Shown one piece after another: positions 28,773 to 37,789 of a DNA stretch of 64,000 nucleotides. The notes under the pieces are model-generated. The model saw only the letters and a program-made list of their open reading frames with translations, had not been told where the DNA came from and ran no database searches. Every line of letters begins with the position of its first letter. Positions within the stretch are counted from its first letter, which is position 1. The translations under genes and the position numbers were made by a program. Source of the stretch: Nitrospirota bacterium (GTDB taxonomy: Bacteria; Nitrospirota; UBA9217); NCBI GenBank assembly GCA_020052615.1, contig JAGVOT010000128.1, positions 72,250-136,249 on the forward strand, written 5' to 3'.

Positions 28773-29406
28773 TGACGGCCCTTCCAGAGGTCGCAGCAAG
28801 CTGTGTCTGGTAGGCTGCCAATCGCGCATCGAAATCGGCCAGCCATTGTGCGTCCACAAAAGCCCTGAGAATTCGCCGCACCTCGAACATTTCTGCCTGC
28901 CCTATGCTCGGTTTAAGCCTGCGCAGGAATCCTAATTCAACTATCTTATTCAGATAGGTTTCAATCTGGTCGATTAACTTGGCTTCATTGCTGCTTTCGG
29001 GAAGGAACACCCGGATCAATTCAACGATGTCTTCACGGGAAAGCACAAGGCGCGTGTCGCCACCACTCGCGTCGAACTCTGCAAGCTTCTTGCGCAGCAG
29101 CGCCAGCAGCAGGCTCACCGGAAACGACAACGGACGCCGAGCCACCAAGCGCGGATGTTTTGAAGCCGCGTCTTCTTCACTTTCCTGGCGCGATTGCAAG
29201 AAGGCATAGCCCTCTGCCTCGTCAAACACCAGCTCCAGGCCCAGTACAGCCACATAGTCACGCACACGAGCTTGCAGGTTGAGCAAGGCGGTCCAAAGGC
29301 CGGCGTCAGCTTCTTGATAGATCACACCTTTGAGCAAGAAGATAAGCAGGGCCGACAAATCATTCGTTACCGCGGTGTTTACAGGTTTTTCTTCCGTCAT
29401 CTTCAC
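28765..29406 (-). CDS. jetB: Wadjet JetB (DUF4194)
   Basis: Size, position between jetA and jetC, and acidic/helical composition match JetB/MksE-like proteins. Confidence 0.65.
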   Translation of the reverse strand: MKMTEEKPVNTAVTNDLSALLIFLLKGVIYQEADAGLWTALLNLQARVRDYVAVLGLELVFDEAEGYAFLQSRQESEEDAASKHPRLVARRPLSFPVSLLLALLRKKLAEFDASGGDTRLVLSREDIVELIRVFLPESSNEAKLIDQIETYLNKIVELGFLRRLKPSIGQAEMFEVRRILRAFVDAQWLADFDARLAAYQTQLAATSGRAVNG

Positions 29407-30857
29407 CTCACAAAGATCACGCGCGGCAGACGTGCCTGCTTCGCATATTCCTGGCCAAGCGGACCTTCACAGTCCCAGACGACTGTTTCTGTCACGTTTT
29501 CATCCACCACGCTCTCGAAGACGCCACTGGCAAGCTGTAAATACGCCACCAGCTCTGCAAGGCCATGCTGCAGCGGCTGTATCTCGCACAGCTCACGCAA
29601 CGTAATTTGGGGACGATCCTGCAGGGCTTTCCGGATATGCCTGGCCAGTTGGTCTTTATCTATCACCACTTGAGTGTACAGTGCTACCGCATCCACTTCG
29701 GCGTCGCCTGACTCCAGATCGATATCGACAATCAAAGGTTTGATGGCAGGGGTATAGAGTGGCCTTTCCATCGGCAATTCGATGTCGGCAGCGATGTCTG
29801 CAATGTTCATCACCTCGCCCGGGGGCGGTGACTCTCGCAGTGCCAGTGACTTGGCCTCGATACCGTGCAGGATATCCATTATGCGGCGGTTCTCCAGCCA
29901 AGCCTGATCATCCAGAAAGCGCCGTAACTGCTGCGAAAGCTGGGCTACCATGCGCTGCGTATGCTCGCCAGCCTCAAGCCAATCGTAATGCAATCGGCGG
30001 GTGCGTGCGTCGGGCTTGAGCTCGGCGACCGCAGGCAGGGTCAAGACTCGATCAAGCAGCGCCGACAATTCGTCCTGCCGGCTGCTGGACATCAGGAAGT
30101 CCCAAAATGCGCGAAAACTACGTCCCTGATCCGAATCTGCAATCGCATCGCGTTCGCCCATGATTTCTTGCAGCAGCGTTCCTTTTGAACCCTCCCACAG
30201 CGCGATGCGTTCCCGCACGTGCCGATCCAGCCTAAGAAAGTTGTGTTCCACCTCTCGAAAATCGGTGAGCAGTTCACGCGCTAGCTGAATAAACTGTTGA
30301 AAGCGGTCCTTCAATGCTGTGTCGTCCAATAACGGAATGTCACCTGACAAAACGCGGGCAATTTCAGCATCAATCGCATCGCGTCGCTTATGCAATTCCA
30401 CAATACGAACTCGCGGATCAGTTTCGGTGCCTGCGTTCATCTGTTTGAGCAGTTCGAACAGTGTTAGCAAGCGCGACTCTGTACCCACGAAACTGCGCTC
30501 GGTGAGCGTTTCCAACCACGCAATCGCCTTCTCGGTCGCCGGGGTCAAATCGAAATGCGGCTCGTCCGAATCCTGCACGTAGAACTTTCGCAGCCAACCC
30601 TTCTCAGTCCCTGCCCAGTCGTTGAGGTAATCAAGCGGTGACTTCGGGAATGCGTCTGCGCCCAACCGTTCGCGCATGGCAAACAGTTCATCCTCAAGAG
30701 CCTCGGCCAAGTCCGCCTGAGATATCACTCGCACATTGTGTTCGATGAACACGCGCTGCAGAAAACTCGCCACCAGCGGCGCATGATCCGAGCGTAAAAG
30801 CCGCCAAGCAGGGTGGCTCTGCCGCAATTGATCGAGGGTTGTATAGTCGAGGGTCAT
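29403..30857 (-). CDS. jetA: Wadjet JetA (DUF3375, kleisin-like)
   Basis: 484-aa first gene of the operon. Overlaps jetB by 4 nt. Composition and size match JetA/MksF. Confidence 0.65.
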   Translation of the reverse strand: MTLDYTTLDQLRQSHPAWRLLRSDHAPLVASFLQRVFIEHNVRVISQADLAEALEDELFAMRERLGADAFPKSPLDYLNDWAGTEKGWLRKFYVQDSDEPHFDLTPATEKAIAWLETLTERSFVGTESRLLTLFELLKQMNAGTETDPRVRIVELHKRRDAIDAEIARVLSGDIPLLDDTALKDRFQQFIQLARELLTDFREVEHNFLRLDRHVRERIALWEGSKGTLLQEIMGERDAIADSDQGRSFRAFWDFLMSSSRQDELSALLDRVLTLPAVAELKPDARTRRLHYDWLEAGEHTQRMVAQLSQQLRRFLDDQAWLENRRIMDILHGIEAKSLALRESPPPGEVMNIADIAADIELPMERPLYTPAIKPLIVDIDLESGDAEVDAVALYTQVVIDKDQLARHIRKALQDRPQITLRELCEIQPLQHGLAELVAYLQLASGVFESVVDENVTETVVWDCEGPLGQEYAKQARLPRVIFVR

Positions 30858-30927
30858 GCGCTGGATGTCTTCAGCATATAATGATTCGATTAAATTTCAT
30901 GGTCGCTTAGCGTCCGGGGTCGGCGCG

Positions 30928-31125
30928 TCATACCTTTACGCTCCTGAGTTCTTCTGCGGTATGATTGCGGGATTGTTCGGTCGTTTTCCAGAGGAAGGCT
31001 TCTAGGAATTCCCCGGCTTCGATGGAGAGGGCTTCGGCGAGGTTCTTGGAGTCGTGGAATTGCGCCCAGTCGCGTTCGTTACGGAATGAGATGATTTTTT
31101 TCTGGATGGAGTCTAAATCAGCCAT
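30928..31125 (-). pseudogene. MazG-like nucleotide pyrophosphohydrolase, C-terminally truncated.
   Basis: FRNERDWAQFHDSKNLAEALSIEAGEFLEAFLWK matches the MazG/HisE-like core and the first E-x-x-E motif. The ORF stops where the second EE..D helix should begin. It lies directly upstream of jetA. Confidence 0.5.
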
Positions 31126-31215
31126 GCCCCTCCCCGACTGCTATTAATCCCATGATAATTTTGAACATTACTACAGGTGCGGGGAAAAGTCCAGAGGAGA
31201 GAAGAACCATTAAGA

Positions 31216-32556
31216 TCATTCGATATAGACGCCAAACTGTGTCCTGTGACTTAAACCAAGATGGGTATGCACCTCGATAATCATATAATGCAAACCGCGA
31301 TATGCCGTTTCTTCCCAATGTGAGATATTGTCATGTTCTTTAATCGTAGTTACCGTTTTTTCAGTAACATGACTCCCGAACATTTCGCCGCCTTTAGTGC
31401 GTGCATCGACACCGTGATTTTCAACTTTGAATTTTATTGTGTAAGGCAGCATCGGCATATAGGGTAGCTTCATACTGAACTTGATACTTTTCCCTTTCGG
31501 CAAAAACCGGCTTGTTGAAGAATAGGTGCCTTCAAACTGGCCGCCCCGTTCATTAAAAATATCAGCCGAAATCCGAATACCGTCGGCGTTCTTTTGGTAT
31601 GTCGGATCGAACTGCGCGAGTGGTGAGTGTTTCAAATAAGAGTTCCAGTTGAGTTCATATTGCTTGTAATTTATCGGGTTGCCTCGTGCATCGGTATGGT
31701 TCGGTTGTAGATACGGGATGGGTACTTTATTGCCATTCGATGTAATTGACTTCACAGAAAGCAATTCATCGGGGAAGTCGATAAAGCTTCGTATCGATTC
31801 ACCAATCATGATCTGATTACGACCAGCCGCATGCTGCAATTTAGAGGCAACATCGACGAAGAAAGAAGTAGCAGTGACTTCCTCCATACCAGGATAGCCA
31901 TAAGAACGCCAAAGGACATCTGCTTCTTTGCCAAAATCGACGCCAACGCGAATTCCAAAAGGCTCCTTATATCCCATTGAATTCAATTTAGGGACAACGC
32001 TCTGCTCAACAAAATAACAGAGAACAGACGCGCAGTTCAGGCCGTCGATAATTCCGGTCTCCGGTGCAACTGTGCTTCCGCCGAAATATGCCATTACAGC
32101 GTCCCCCATGATTCTGTGGACATGACCGTTAAATGACTTGACAATCTCCATCGCAACGCGGATGAATGCATTCTTGATCCGATATACATCTTCCAGCGGA
32201 TATAGCAGGCTGAGGCGCGTAGAGCTCTCAATATCCATGAACAAAGTTGTAATTGGACATTTAATCATCAGGTCGGTCCCGAGAAGGTGCTTGAAATCGG
32301 GATGGTCACCAATGTCCGGACGCTGCGGCTCACCTTTTTGATAGAGGGGTCGAAGTATCCTCTGTATTGAATATTGGGGCACCAGTTCACGCGATGTAGA
32401 TTCTGAAAAAGATACCGCAGAATCCATCGATTTCGATGCCATCAATTGAGTGGCATTCTGCCTGCTCGCATCTTCAAGGTAGCACGAAAATGTATTCTGA
32501 AAACTATCCCTTACTCCCATACCGCCACATCTCCCTTCAGATAAGAGCCCAGACAA
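31216..32556 (-). CDS. Class-III nucleotidyl cyclase-domain protein with a ~150-aa uncharacterised C-terminal domain (PycC-like).
   Basis: TTLFMDIESSTRLS matches F-x-D-I-x-G-x-T. HRIMGDAVMAYFG matches K-x-I-G-D-A-x-M-A-x-F-G. GIRVGVDFGKEADVLW matches R-I-G-I-H-x-G. NQIMIGESI matches the (V/I)-x-V-S-E region. Confidence 0.7.
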   Translation of the reverse strand: MSGLLSEGRCGGMGVRDSFQNTFSCYLEDASRQNATQLMASKSMDSAVSFSESTSRELVPQYSIQRILRPLYQKGEPQRPDIGDHPDFKHLLGTDLMIKCPITTLFMDIESSTRLSLLYPLEDVYRIKNAFIRVAMEIVKSFNGHVHRIMGDAVMAYFGGSTVAPETGIIDGLNCASVLCYFVEQSVVPKLNSMGYKEPFGIRVGVDFGKEADVLWRSYGYPGMEEVTATSFFVDVASKLQHAAGRNQIMIGESIRSFIDFPDELLSVKSITSNGNKVPIPYLQPNHTDARGNPINYKQYELNWNSYLKHSPLAQFDPTYQKNADGIRISADIFNERGGQFEGTYSSTSRFLPKGKSIKFSMKLPYMPMLPYTIKFKVENHGVDARTKGGEMFGSHVTEKTVTTIKEHDNISHWEETAYRGLHYMIIEVHTHLGLSHRTQFGVYIE

Positions 32557-33073
32557 CCGAAATAATCTTAACCAAAATCATCAAACCCAGAGCCGGAAGC
32601 TGAACGAATAGAATGGCACCTATCGCTATCTTCATTTTCCGAAATTTATCATTGAGCCCTTTGGCCAGAGCATGAGCTTGCATGCAGCAATCCTTTAATA
32701 GCTCTTCATCAGTGGTTTCCTTGACACATTGATGGTAATCTTCTGGATTTTCGAATTCAGCGATATGACCAAAAAATATCTTTGAATGGTATTTCGCCGG
32801 ATTCTTCGGAGATTTCAAGAAAGGATTAATGACTTGAAACACTGCTGCTAATGAGACAAGTGATGATATTGCAGCCATGAGAAGCAGCAAACTTACGAGT
32901 ATCGCCGCGACTGCCTGAGACCCGAACGTCTGAAGCAAATCACCCCATTTGAGGACAATGGCACTAAAGATAAAAGTATCAAAGGCTACGATCACCGTCG
33001 CCTTCGTATTTGTAGTATTAATATAATGATCGAAACGGTTAATCACTTTCCAGAGAAAATCAGCAGAAGACAT
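32537..33073 (-). CDS. Small multi-pass membrane protein (two N-terminal TM helices, helical linker, C-terminal TM helix). Candidate pore-forming effector.
   Basis: Hydrophobic helices VIVAFDTFIFSAIVL, AVAAILVSLLLLMAAISSLVSLAAVF and IAIGAILFVQLPALGLMILVKIISVVWALI. Overlaps the cyclase gene start by 20 nt. Confidence 0.55.
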   Translation of the reverse strand: MSSADFLWKVINRFDHYINTTNTKATVIVAFDTFIFSAIVLKWGDLLQTFGSQAVAAILVSLLLLMAAISSLVSLAAVFQVINPFLKSPKNPAKYHSKIFFGHIAEFENPEDYHQCVKETTDEELLKDCCMQAHALAKGLNDKFRKMKIAIGAILFVQLPALGLMILVKIISVVWALI

Positions 33074-33159
33074 ATCGGGTTCCCCTTTACGTTGTGGGTA
33101 TCACGCGTACTAAAACAAAACCGGCCGAGGCTATTAAAGATCAACCTCGCCCTTACCAG

Positions 33160-33333
33160 TTATTTTTCCTTCCGCACACCCTTGAAAGGATCTTTGTCTT
33201 GCTTCTGATCGATGAAGCGCCCGGTCTCCGTGTCACGCTTTACCCAGCGATCGTTGTGTGGATTATGGGTCTGCGAACGATCAATGACTTGCCCATGCCT
33301 GTGACCATCCCCACTCGGTGGATTCTTCGCCAT
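33160..33333 (-). CDS. Small hydrophilic protein (hypothetical)
   Basis: MAKNPPSGDGHRHGQ... ORF preceded by a strong GGAGGTG RBS. Lies immediately downstream of the LRAT-like gene. Confidence 0.35.
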   Translation of the reverse strand: MAKNPPSGDGHRHGQVIDRSQTHNPHNDRWVKRDTETGRFIDQKQDKDPFKGVRKEK

Positions 33334-33358
33334 GGTCTTCACCTCCTTTCTCAATGAA

Positions 33359-33772
33359 CTATGCCCCTTCGCCCGACATTGCGAGAAAGATAATCACTGC
33401 GAGCATTCCCGCAAAAAGCCCCATGGCTTGCAGCTGGGTGCTTTCCCGTCGACCGGTCGCAACATACCGCGCAAAGTGTTCGCAGTTGTTGCCGAACAGA
33501 TCATAAGCACTGTTTTCAACCGCCTTGTTGATTCTCGATATGGCATCGGGTTCATCGGTTATCCTGCCCAACTCTTTCCAGTCACCGGTATCCTCCAGGT
33601 GATCAAGACGGATTTGTGGAGGTGTCTGGTGAATAACAACTGGCCGCCGACCGTTCGGCAAATTCAACCGGTTACCGACATCAAGGATGCCGTAGTGATC
33701 AACCAAGACCCCTTTCATTTGGGTCTTCTGGATCAAGAGATAGAGTCCGGGTCTTCGAATATGGTGTGGCAT
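33359..33772 (-). CDS. LRAT/NlpC-P60 superfamily (papain-like) protein with a C-terminal membrane anchor.
   Basis: VDHYGIL (His motif) and YDLFGNNCEHFARY (NCEHF Cys motif), characteristic of the LRAT family. C-terminal hydrophobic GLFAGMLAVIIFLAM. Start uncertain (33,772 or 33,718). Confidence 0.5.
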   Translation of the reverse strand: MPHHIRRPGLYLLIQKTQMKGVLVDHYGILDVGNRLNLPNGRRPVVIHQTPPQIRLDHLEDTGDWKELGRITDEPDAISRINKAVENSAYDLFGNNCEHFARYVATGRRESTQLQAMGLFAGMLAVIIFLAMSGEGA

Positions 33773-33895
33773 GGATCCTCCTGCAGCCGATTCGCAATGT
33801 TTGGAATCTGTCGGCGTTCGCCTCTCTGCCAACGGTCTTCCAGTACTATCAGCCGGTATAATACAGAATGCCAGGCTCAAAACGTGAGCCCGGTA

Positions 33896-34891
33896 TTATT
33901 TCCCTTCGTTAGATTTTTCTCCCCCGCCTGGATACAAAGCTACGGCCGCGCTCAGCTGATCCGCAACCTCTTTCCGGAGAGAATCAGGTGATACAACTTC
34001 GACACCCGGTCCATGCTTCAAAATATCCATGACCAGCTCAAGCGAATTCGAATAGGGAATTGTAAGCACATAGCAGCCGTCTTTGAAGCACCCCTCCTGC
34101 TGCGGATGCCATTTTTCCTCGGACACCCAGCGTGCCCGTTCCGGCGTGAACCGGAGGACGGCTTTCTTCGTTGGTTTGCCGCCAAATATGCCGTATGAGG
34201 TGGCATAGTGAGCATCTAGCTCTTTGTCGGTAATTTCCTCGGCAGGAATGTCCAGCTCAGACGCTTTTCTGATCCGGTCGACTGAAAAGCTTCTAAGTAC
34301 CGTTTTCTTGTGATCCCATACGTCAAGGTACCAATTGTCCCTGTAATGGACGAGACGTTGAGGCGAGATCGTGCGCGCTGCCACCTCGTCCCGGGATCGG
34401 CTGTGATAAATGACCTCCATGCGTTTGCGCCGAAGCAGAGAACCCGCCACGCTTTGAAAATGCTCAGGATCCATGCGGCGGGCGGCCATGCCTAGGATAC
34501 GAATGCGTCGGGTGATCTCGCCCCCACCCATATGCTGAGACTGGAGAATCTGTTCGATACGGCTTCGCAAAGGAGTTAGATGGCCTTCAAGCAAGCCCGG
34601 CTGTACCTCGGTTAGCAATCGCTGAACGGTGAGCAATGCATACAGTTCCGATGCGTTGAACCATAGGCCGGGCAGTTCAAAAGGATGCTCGCCCGTCTTC
34701 GCATAATAGTACCCGGATTTTTCACGATCAAACTCGATAGGGGCGCAGAAGTAATTCCGCATATCACGGATGATTCGGTTGACCGTCGCGCGCGAGCACT
34801 CCAGCCGTTCTTGAAGGTTGTCACGTGAGACAGGATATCGAGCATTACTCAAAATCCGGTGCATGCTATAAATTCGATCGAATAGATCCAT
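33896..34891 (-). CDS. WYL-domain transcriptional regulator (HTH-WYL-WCX)
   Basis: AGGAGG RBS before MDLFDRIYSMHRIL. N-terminal HTH. Central ...LVHYRDNWYLDVWDH...RSFSVDRI WYL motif. C-terminal ...VLTIPYSNSLELVMDILKHGPGVEVVSPDSLR. Confidence 0.75.
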   Translation of the reverse strand: MDLFDRIYSMHRILSNARYPVSRDNLQERLECSRATVNRIIRDMRNYFCAPIEFDREKSGYYYAKTGEHPFELPGLWFNASELYALLTVQRLLTEVQPGLLEGHLTPLRSRIEQILQSQHMGGGEITRRIRILGMAARRMDPEHFQSVAGSLLRRKRMEVIYHSRSRDEVAARTISPQRLVHYRDNWYLDVWDHKKTVLRSFSVDRIRKASELDIPAEEITDKELDAHYATSYGIFGGKPTKKAVLRFTPERARWVSEEKWHPQQEGCFKDGCYVLTIPYSNSLELVMDILKHGPGVEVVSPDSLRKEVADQLSAAVALYPGGGEKSNEGK

Positions 34892-35204
34892 ATCTCCTCC
34901 TGGCCTTAGGAGTTTGTCCCCAATAAACGACAAAAGGCGACCTTAGAGATACAGGCCGCCAGCGAATATTTAATTGAATACCGGAAATTCAGCGTTTTTC
35001 TTCTACTAAGTCAGTTACGAGTATACATACAACATATTGTGGTGTCAATATATTTTTAACTACATTTAGCGATAGTCATGAGTTCAATTGACGGAACGTG
35101 TCTGAAAAAGAGATGGGTGGCGGATGGTGACTTCCCTCTTGATTTAGTATATTTTGTGTGCTATATTTCTCACCACAAGGGCTATTTAACGCCTTGGATA
35201 TACC

Positions 35205-36020
35205 ATGAAGACAGTCTCCGGAATAGGAAAAGAATCCCGCGTCCGCCTGGCTCAGATCATGCGCGAGACAAAGGGCACCATCACGGTGTTGCAGGCCGCA
35301 AAGATTCTGCGCCTCCCCGCTCCCACCGCATCGAAGCTCCTCTCCCGCTGGACAAATCAAGGCTGGCTTTCACGCGTTCGTCAGGGGCTATATGTCCCCG
35401 TCCCGCTTGAAGCGCGCACTCCCGACATTGCCCTTGAAGATCCCTGGATCATCGCTGAACAGCTCTATTCGCCCTGCTACATCGGCGGATGGTCCGCTGC
35501 CGAATACTGGGGATTGACCGAACAGCTCTTCCGCACCATCGTTGTGATGACGACGCGAAAGCCGCGCGATCGCAAACCCGCGATCAAGGACACGAACTTC
35601 CTCGTCAGAACAGTCCCCGCGAAAGCATTGTTCGGGACGAAACCGATATGGCGCGGCCAGGTCAAGGTGAACGTCTCCGACCAGACGCGAACGGTCCTGG
35701 ACATGCTGAACGATCCGGCTCTTGGCGGCGGGATTCGTCCGACCGTGGATGTGTTCAAGAGCTATTTGAAGTCAGAGCAAAAGGACACGACCCTACTCAT
35801 CTCCTATGCCGACCGCCTCGGGAACGGCGCAATATTCAAGCGCCTCGGCTTTCTTGCCGAGCGGTTCGCAAAGGACGAGAAGAACCTGATCGAGGCCTGC
35901 CGGTCCCGTCTGAGCGCGGGAAACGCGAAGCTCGACACTTCCCTTCCGGCCGACAGGCTGATTACAACGTGGAAGCTGTGGGTGCCTGCGGCATGGGCGA
36001 GGGAGAAGACCGGTGATTGA
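35205..36020 (+). CDS. abiEi: AbiEi-family type IV antitoxin / transcriptional regulator
   Basis: N-terminal HTH (...ITVLQAAKILRLPAPTASKLLSRWTNQGWLSRVRQGLY). Overlaps the AbiEii gene by 8 nt. Confidence 0.7.
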   Translation: MKTVSGIGKESRVRLAQIMRETKGTITVLQAAKILRLPAPTASKLLSRWTNQGWLSRVRQGLYVPVPLEARTPDIALEDPWIIAEQLYSPCYIGGWSAAEYWGLTEQLFRTIVVMTTRKPRDRKPAIKDTNFLVRTVPAKALFGTKPIWRGQVKVNVSDQTRTVLDMLNDPALGGGIRPTVDVFKSYLKSEQKDTTLLISYADRLGNGAIFKRLGFLAERFAKDEKNLIEACRSRLSAGNAKLDTSLPADRLITTWKLWVPAAWAREKTGD

Positions 36021-37443
36021 CAGACAGGAGATCATGGACTTTGCGAAGGAGTTCGGGCTTGCGCCGAATGTGGTTGAGAAAGACTACGTGCTCGGCTGGC
36101 TCCTGGCCGGGATAGCAAGTCATGCGGACCTCGGTCCCTCGTGGGTGTTCAAGGGCGGCACATGCATCAAAAAATGCTTCTTTGAAACATACCGCTTTTC
36201 CGAAGACCTCGATTTCACCCTCACCGCTGCGGCGCACCTTGATCAGGATTTTCTGAAACGATCCTTTACCGGCGTGACCCAGTGGGTCTACGAGAATTCG
36301 GGTATCGAGATCCCCGCGGACACGATCCGGTTCGAGGTCTATACCAACCCGCGCGGCAAGGTTTCTGCGCAGGGAAAGATCGGATACCGGGGACCACTGC
36401 AGCCGCGCGGCGATCTGCCGAGGATCAAGCTGGACCTGACAAATGACGAAGTGCTCGTGTTGCCGCCTGTCTCGCGTGAAGTCCACCACCCCTACTCGGA
36501 CGATCCGGAAGACGGCATCGCTGTCCAGTGCTACAGCTTCGAGGAAATCTTCGCTGAAAAGCTCCGCGCCCTGGCTGAACGCGAACGGCCGCGCGACCTC
36601 TATGATGTGATCCATCTCTTCCGGCACGAGGAGCTGAAGGCGAACCGAGAACAGATCATGAAGACGCTTGAACAGAAATGCGCCTTCAAGGGTATCGCTG
36701 TCCCGACCATGCAGTCGCTCGAGAACAGGCCGGAGCGCGATGAGCTTGTATCGGAATGGGATAATATGCTCGGCCACCAGCTGCCGATGCTGCCGGCCTT
36801 CGAGCAGTTCTGGAATGAGCTTCCTGCAGTCTTTGCCTGGCTGCACGGCGAAACGCCGCAGGCGGCTGTTGCTGCATCTATGCCTGTTGGGGCGGATGTC
36901 GATACCGCGTGGCAACCGCCGTCCATGGGCCATGCATGGCACGCACCGGTGCCTCTGGAAATCGTCCGGTTCGCAGCTGCAAACCATCTTTGCGTTGTGC
37001 TGGGGTATCAGGGGACGCAACGCTTAATCGAGCCCTATTCCCTGAGAATGACTAAGGACGGGAACCTGATTCTTGCTGCGGTCAAACACGATACCGGAGA
37101 AACCAGGTCCTACCGGGTCGACCGAATCGAGAGCGCGGAAGCCTCCACGGTTTCGTTCACGCCGCGTTATGTGATCGAGCTTACCCCTGCCGCGCCGATC
37201 CTCGCGCCGCCGACCAGGCGCACTGCGCATGTTGCGCGGACACCGAATGCGCGCAGTCCCTTTGCTTCACCGCGCAGAACAGGGAAAATAAAAACGAGCT
37301 GGGGTCCGACGTATGTTATTCAGTGTCCCATGTGCCAGAAGAAGTTCAACCGCAGCTCATACGACACTGCTCTGAACCCGCACAAGAATCAGATGGGTTA
37401 TCCATGCTCGGGCAGGACCGGTTATATCGTGGAAACGAAATAG
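36013..37443 (+). CDS. abiEii: AbiEii/AbiGii-family nucleotidyltransferase toxin (DUF1814) with a C-terminal WYL domain and Zn-ribbon.
   Basis: ...VFKGGTCIKKCFFETYRFSEDLDF plus downstream acidic motifs match AbiEii. C-terminal LCVVLGYQGTQRLIEPYSLRMTKDGNLILAAVKHDTGETRSYRVDRIES is WYL-like. Terminal C-P-M-C...C-S-G cysteine cluster. Confidence 0.8.
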   Translation: MIDRQEIMDFAKEFGLAPNVVEKDYVLGWLLAGIASHADLGPSWVFKGGTCIKKCFFETYRFSEDLDFTLTAAAHLDQDFLKRSFTGVTQWVYENSGIEIPADTIRFEVYTNPRGKVSAQGKIGYRGPLQPRGDLPRIKLDLTNDEVLVLPPVSREVHHPYSDDPEDGIAVQCYSFEEIFAEKLRALAERERPRDLYDVIHLFRHEELKANREQIMKTLEQKCAFKGIAVPTMQSLENRPERDELVSEWDNMLGHQLPMLPAFEQFWNELPAVFAWLHGETPQAAVAASMPVGADVDTAWQPPSMGHAWHAPVPLEIVRFAAANHLCVVLGYQGTQRLIEPYSLRMTKDGNLILAAVKHDTGETRSYRVDRIESAEASTVSFTPRYVIELTPAAPILAPPTRRTAHVARTPNARSPFASPRRTGKIKTSWGPTYVIQCPMCQKKFNRSSYDTALNPHKNQMGYPCSGRTGYIVETK

Positions 37444-37464
37444 TGAGCAGGATGGATCATTCAT

Positions 37465-37755
37465 TCAGACGTTAAGTTCGATTATGCTCATGACCTTTGC
37501 ATAATCTTTCCCATCAGGATCCTCGAAGGGTGCAAACAGAACCTTGTCTCCTGCTTTGAGATCAACCTTAGTTTGCGCAAGTGCCCGGTCATCGATTGCA
37601 TAGACCGCCTCATCAGCAAGAGATCGGATCTTGCCTTTCTTAGTGTTAAAATCGAATTCCAGGATCACCCCTTTTTCTTTTGCCAACATTTCGTCCCAGA
37701 AAAGCTCCTGGTCCTCTTCCGAAAGTCCAACGATCGGCTGATCGTCTTTCCCCAT
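37465..37755 (-). CDS. Hypothetical small acidic protein
   Basis: 96-aa ORF with a plausible start. No recognised motifs. Confidence 0.35.
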   Translation of the reverse strand: MGKDDQPIVGLSEEDQELFWDEMLAKEKGVILEFDFNTKKGKIRSLADEAVYAIDDRALAQTKVDLKAGDKVLFAPFEDPDGKDYAKVMSIIELNV

Positions 37756-37789
37756 GGCGGCCTCCCTTTTTCGGTAGCAGAGACACGAA

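Noticed and set aside
35962-37020. 352-aa minus-strand ORF antisense to abiEi/abiEii
   Set aside because: It lies entirely within well-supported plus-strand genes in GC-rich DNA. The translation is Arg/Pro-rich and low-complexity, typical of antisense-frame artefacts.
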